64,000 nt of DNA from the NCBI GenBank assembly GCA_964036045.1, contig OZ038378.1, forward strand, positions 6,324,001 through 6,388,000. The letters are read 5' to 3'. Source of the DNA: Eutreptiella sp. 'Long Island Sound 2002' (lineage: Eukaryota > Protista > Euglenida). Below the pieces are notes generated by a model that made no database searches, was not told the origin of the DNA, and was given only the letters and a program-made list of their open reading frames with translations. Shown piece by piece: positions 58,701 to 64,000 of this stretch (positions within the stretch are counted from its first letter, which is position 1; each line of letters opens with the position of its first letter). A program made the position numbers and the translations under genes.

Positions 58701-61700
58701 ACCCTCTTCAAAACCAATGCACCCACGTGGCAGGGAGGATGGATAAGGGTTCCCTGGAGCCCCTTGTTGCACTAATAGAGTGGGGACGGGGGTCAGCGGC
58801 TCTCAGGACCCACATGGTTGGGGAGGGAGGATTGGCGCTTCTCTAGAGGCCCCCATGCCAAACCCTGGTAATGGGGGTGGGGATTGGCTCTTCTCTCAGC
58901 TGCAGTGGGGGGTCTAGAGAACCGGAGATATACCCTTCCCACTACATGAGTCCATCAGAGGTGGTCCAGAGAGGAGGGTTGGTTTGTGTTGTCCGCTGTA
59001 AGAGTGGGGTGTGTTCACAGAAGAGCGGGGTGCCGTAGGGATGGGGGTCCGGGTAATTCCTGACCGCTCTGCCCTCCTCTTTTTTTTGGGTGGGGTGTCC
59101 CAGAGAATAGCCGATCTGCCATCTCTCACCGCAGAGGGGCAAGGGGGAGGGGGGTCATAGAATGGTTGAATGAGTGCAAGGCATGGGGGGTCTTGAGAAC
59201 CCCCCATTTGCCCTCCCCTCTTCCCTACTTCATGGATCCCCAATACGCCCATGGGGCCCCTACCCACAGTTGGGGAGGCCCTGCGAACCATCGATTGACC
59301 GCCCCCACAGCATGTCTGGGGGGTGCAGGGGGGGGGGGACCACTGATTCGCACACTGCGTGCATGTGTGGAATCGAAAAGGCAGCTGTTAGAGGGACAGA
59401 CGCGTTTCGACTGAGGGCAAGGCACAGGAATGCCCCTTCAAACTACCAGCCTCTGTCATGAGACGGATGTCTGCCTGGGACGCCATCTCAAGACACGACC
59501 ATGGCGCAGCCGTTGCGTCGTGGGTACAGTTTTGACAAGCTCAGCCGCAGTTTACGTGTGACTGTAACTGAGCGTCCGAATCTCTCGCCACCGCCAGTCA
59601 GATGCGCCCCCTACAGCGCTCGATGGCATTCAAAGGAGGCGCGTTTCCCACACCTCCTGCATCTCGACTCGTCACATGCTCGTGTCGCAGATCCGTCAGA
59701 AGCAACTCTTGCGATGGTACACTGCATTCAAGAATGAGATCTACAGGTTTGCTTTGCAGTAGATGAGATCACCGAGGATCTTCGGCGTTCTTGTTTGTGG
59801 AGAGGGACCCCCACCCCCTGTGCGCGTGCGTGCGCCATCCATGCCATTGTACACCCGCACAGCATATGAGCACAACATCTCTGAGTTGTGTCCATGTTGT
59901 ATTGCCGTAGGACGTCCGATTGTCTGCTGGGGAGCATGTATGCAACAGATTTATACCCCCACGCTCTGAGTGCTGTTGGTTGTGCTCCGGGAGCCGGATC
60001 GGGTGTAAAAAAACGTAATAACAACGTAATAATTGGCGCTGTGCGCACGCTGTGCGAAGACGCCCCCCAACAGGCGGTAGCAGTGGTTTTCATTTCCCTG
60101 GGGACGAGGCCGGGCCCGTACGCACTGTCGCATGGGTGTGCAACGCTGCACAACGCAAAGTGCACTGTGTGTGTTTGCATCCTCTCGTCTGTACGTCTGT
60201 CCGTGTCCCTGGCTTACCGCATAGATACTTCCCCATGCTTCTTGCCTGACTCCCGGGATACACGGCCCTCGTCGGCACCCGCTGGACCAGGGCACCGAGC
60301 GTCAAACACCACATGCCATTTTGAGGGACCAGGCAATGCTGGCCCCCCTGGTCTGGGCTGTGCATCACTACTGTGCAGAGGCTGTCCATTTGGCGCCTCG
60401 GCCGATTCCGAACACTCCAGACCTCAGAAAGCCTCGTTGCCAAAAACAGAAACTTCCGGGTTTCGAAGCAGACTGAAGTACAGGAAACCCCTTACTAGCC
60501 CCCCTAGGGCACAGTGCAACTACCCGTTGTATCTTTTCCCCATAAAGGCCTGCCATTTGTACCGACCCCCCCCCCCCAAAATGGGATGTTGCATGGGTGC
60601 TGCTGGCCCCCCCACTGGCAAAACATCATTGTCAAGCATCTCAAAAGCGAGGGGTCATTGAAACATATTCCGTAGTACATACCAAACTGTTTCTTGGGCA
60701 GCATGGCCCAGTTTACTGTACCGGTGGTTTACCAACCAAATGGCTTGTTTTCGGCGCAGTAACATTTGGTCGGGTGTACAGTTTTTTCAAAGGATTCATT
60801 GGTGCGAGAGCCGATGTTGTTGGGTTGCTTTTTGTGGTCTACCTCATGGATGCCCCACGTGCCCCTGGCACTGACACACTGAAACCAAGCAAACCTTTTC
60901 TTGACGTCGAAAGCTCTTTGCAGAACTGGGGAGGGGCAACGGACAAAAAGGGAACGGGGAGGATAGGAGCGTATGATGCTTTCACAACTTCATTTGCCCA
61001 CTCCATTTCCCTCCCTCTCTCCTCGTTCCGTGGTGTTGGTCCATCCAGTTAAGCCGTCGTACACCTCAAAGCCGAGCCAGGGCCGCAACTGTGAGCCCCG
61101 CCACCGGCACATTTGTTTCGTCTGCAGTGGCGTCCTCACCAAATTGATGACTACCCCAGTGCAGCGGCCGACGTGAGAGGCCTGTGCGGGAGGCCTGTGC
61201 GGCGTGAGGCCTGTGCGGCGTGAGAGGCACTGGGTACTTGGTCGAATATCGTCACTATTTGCCCGGCAGGAGCTGCGCACTACCTCTACACCCGTGGCGG
61301 CGCTGCAGCCTCACAAGCCCCACAAAGCACCACACTGCCACGCAGTGCGCCCAGGAATACGTCATGCAGGTGGGGTAGGGGGGCTTTGGTACGCCTACGG
61401 GAGCCCTCCGCCCGCACCATATCTCCGATTGACTGCGGGAGTCCGGCAAAATGCGGCAAGCGGTGCTCAAGTGCAGGGCCCCTGGTCCACATTCTTGAAC
61501 ACTGCTCCCACCACCACATCCCCAGGCCCTCCTCCAGCCCGTATCTGCTGCACACGCGATGATGGGCCTGCTGCGGAAGGCTGTGGGTTTGAAACTGAAC
61601 ACGGGTGTTGCGGGGTGTTGATGCAAAATGCCCCATTGCACCGGCGGCATCCGATGATCAGACACCAACACGACCTCCGATCGGGGCCTCGTCTCAAGCG

Positions 61701-61845
61701 CTGACCCAAGCCCCCATCCCAGTCCTGCCTCACCAGACAGTGCCCCTGCCCCTTCCCAAAGCTGCCAATCACCGGCTGAGAAAAGGCTCTCGATGGACCA
61801 CCAATACTGGGGTCCCTCGGAAGCGGCAGACCGTGTCACATGTCA

Positions 61846-62635
61846 CATGTCATGTCATGTCATGTCATGTCATGTCATGTCATGTCATGTCATGTCATGT
61901 CATGTCATGTCATGTCACGTCATGTCATGTCACGTCATGTCATGTCACGTCATGTCATGTCACGTCATGTCATGTCACGTCATGTCATGTCATGTCATGT
62001 CATGTCATGTCATGTCATGTCATGTCATGTCACGTCATGTCACGTCACGTCATGTCATGTCATGTCATGTCATGTCATGTCATGTCATGTCATGTCATGT
62101 CATGTCATGTCATGTCATGTCATGTCATGTCATGTCATGTCACGTCATGTCACGTCACGTCATGTCACGTCACGTCATGTCATGTCATGTCATGTCATGT
62201 CACGTCATGTCATGTCATGTCATGTCATGTCATGTCATGTCATGTCATGTCATGTCATGTCATGTCATGTCATGTCATGTCATGTCATGTCATGTCATGT
62301 CATGTCATGTCATGTCATGTCATGTCATGTCATGTCATGTCATGTCATGTCATGTCATGTCATGTCATGTCATGTCATGTCATGTCATGTCATGTCACGT
62401 CATGTCACGTCACGTCATGTCACGTCACGTCATGTCATGTCATGTCATGTCATGTCACGTCATGTCATGTCATGTCATGTCATGTCATGTCATGTCATGT
62501 CATGTCATGTCATGTCATGTCATGTCATGTCATGTCATGTCATGTCATGTCATGTCATGTCATGTCATGTCATGTCATGTCATGTCATGTCATGTCATGT
62601 CATGTCATGTCGTGTCATGTCATGTCATGTCATGT
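61846..62635 (+). repeat. (CATGT)n pentanucleotide satellite, 158 units, with CACGT variants
   Basis: Read directly from the sequence: a 790-bp array in perfect 5-bp register. Confidence 0.98.
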
Positions 62636-64000
62636 CAGCCGTTGCTCAATGGCCGGGACACCCACCCTTCCGCACATACTGACCCCCCCCCCAAAGAAAA
62701 ACCCCCAAAACACACATCAGAAAATTCCTCTCGAGCGAAGTATGAAATTTGCGGAGGGGGTTCGCTCGCTCTGTTCCCTCAGACCTATGAAGCCTTTCGG
62801 TCGCTTTGCACTGTTTCACCCTGAGCCAAAGCTCGTGGGCCACACACTTTGGGCCGACTTAGAGCAGGGGCACACGGGCGGGAAATGGAAATGCATCGGC
62901 GCTACAGGGCCTATGACAGGTCTACGATGTGCGCCTGAGAGGCATGGGCTCAGCCTTGCGCACTCTGCAATAGCGGCGGCGGCAGCAACATTAGCTACGA
63001 CGGTGGCATCCGCGTGAATGGAAAAGACAACGATATATCACCATCGCAGACCGTGTGTGTTACTGACTCTTGTTCGCGTAGTTCCTTCGCACGCTTCACT
63101 CATGTACAGAACGAGAGCCCACGGAACTCTGGGCTCTCGTGGGCTTTCGGTGGGCTGACCGTCCTTCTCCAATCTGTCAATCGCACGCACGTATGCGCGC
63201 ACTGTGCGGGTATCGGGGTCCTTTCTCTTGGATATACTGAGGCGGACAGGGGGGTGTTAAGGTGCATGGCAGGAGGGGAACCGGCCACTAACCTGAAGGG
63301 GGGGAGGGGGGGGCGCTTGTGGCTCACCCAAATCAACTGCGCGTGGCGGCAGCAGAGGCCCAGGCAGGCGCCCCGAGGCAGACGCCACAAGACCACAGCC
63401 ACTCGTGGGCGGAGAGGCAGGCGTCCCGCACATGGCATTTCGGGGGTGGGGGATGGGGCGGGGGGCCGAAAGAGTGGAGCCAGAACGACTTGTGTCGACC
63501 TTCATGGCACGAAGTGTGGCACGGAGCGCTTTCAGCCCCTTTCCGCCAAAGCAAGATGGACTTGCAGGGGGTGAGGGTTGCCCCCTTACGCCCTCGCTCA
63601 TTCGCACCCCTGTTACTACCCCATGTGGCGCCGATGCTCTGAAGGGTAGACGGGGTTATTTTATATGGGGACACGGATCGAAGGCTGTAACCGTATTTGA
63701 TGACGATGGTGCGCAACGAAACGACTGGGGGCAGTCGTTTTTTTTGGGGGGGGGCGTGTCACAATGTGAGTGCGATTACATTTTCATTAATTGCTTTACA
63801 CAAAAACAGGTGGTAGACGTGGAAAGGGCGGTTCATTTGGGCACGTATTGGCACCAAACCATCGTCACGTACATCAATTCGCTGTTGGGTTAATGCATCG
63901 CGGATTGTCAGACCGGCTCTTCTGACGGAACCACAGCTCAAATTCAGTCTTGTAGTTGTTGCCGGATGTAGTTGAATTGTTTTGCCCTTCTCTGCCCCGC

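Noticed and set aside
61605-63017. Long ORFs with MSCHV repeats (470, 343 and 280 aa)
   Set aside because: Artefacts of translating the stop-free CATGT satellite in all three frames.

Overview
This is eukaryotic, repeat-rich DNA with no operons, rRNA or CRISPR. It has spliceosomal GT-AG introns, microsatellites and many transposon remnants; a protist origin, possibly euglenozoan, is only an inference. The dominant structure is an ~18 kb same-strand stack of retroelements (4.6-22.4 kb), all sitting in CA-rich sites. It contains two full-length ~7.2 kb two-ORF APE-RT LINEs with exact 18- and 20-bp target-site duplications (TSDs), two tRNA-headed SINE-like elements, a 72-bp LINE 3' tail, and an older RNase H-bearing relative that one LINE interrupts. 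The first 62 nt of both LINEs are identical and fold by hand into a minimal, P4-less HDV-like self-cleaving ribozyme. Its predicted cleavage site falls exactly on the TSD-defined 5' boundary. ORF2 ends in a tandem, unrecognised C-x2-H-x4-C-x2-C-x9-CC-x2-GHH motif. Host genes: a GC3-rich C2/SPRY-like ORF (1.3-3.1 kb), an intronless GH18 chitinase-like gene (45.5-46.6 kb), and exons of a GT47/exostosin-like glycosyltransferase (53.8-55.4 kb). The remainder is DNA-transposon debris (Harbinger-like, Sola-like, CMC/Transib-like, MITEs) and a 790-bp (CATGT)n satellite. All family calls come from motif recognition by eye; no searches were run.
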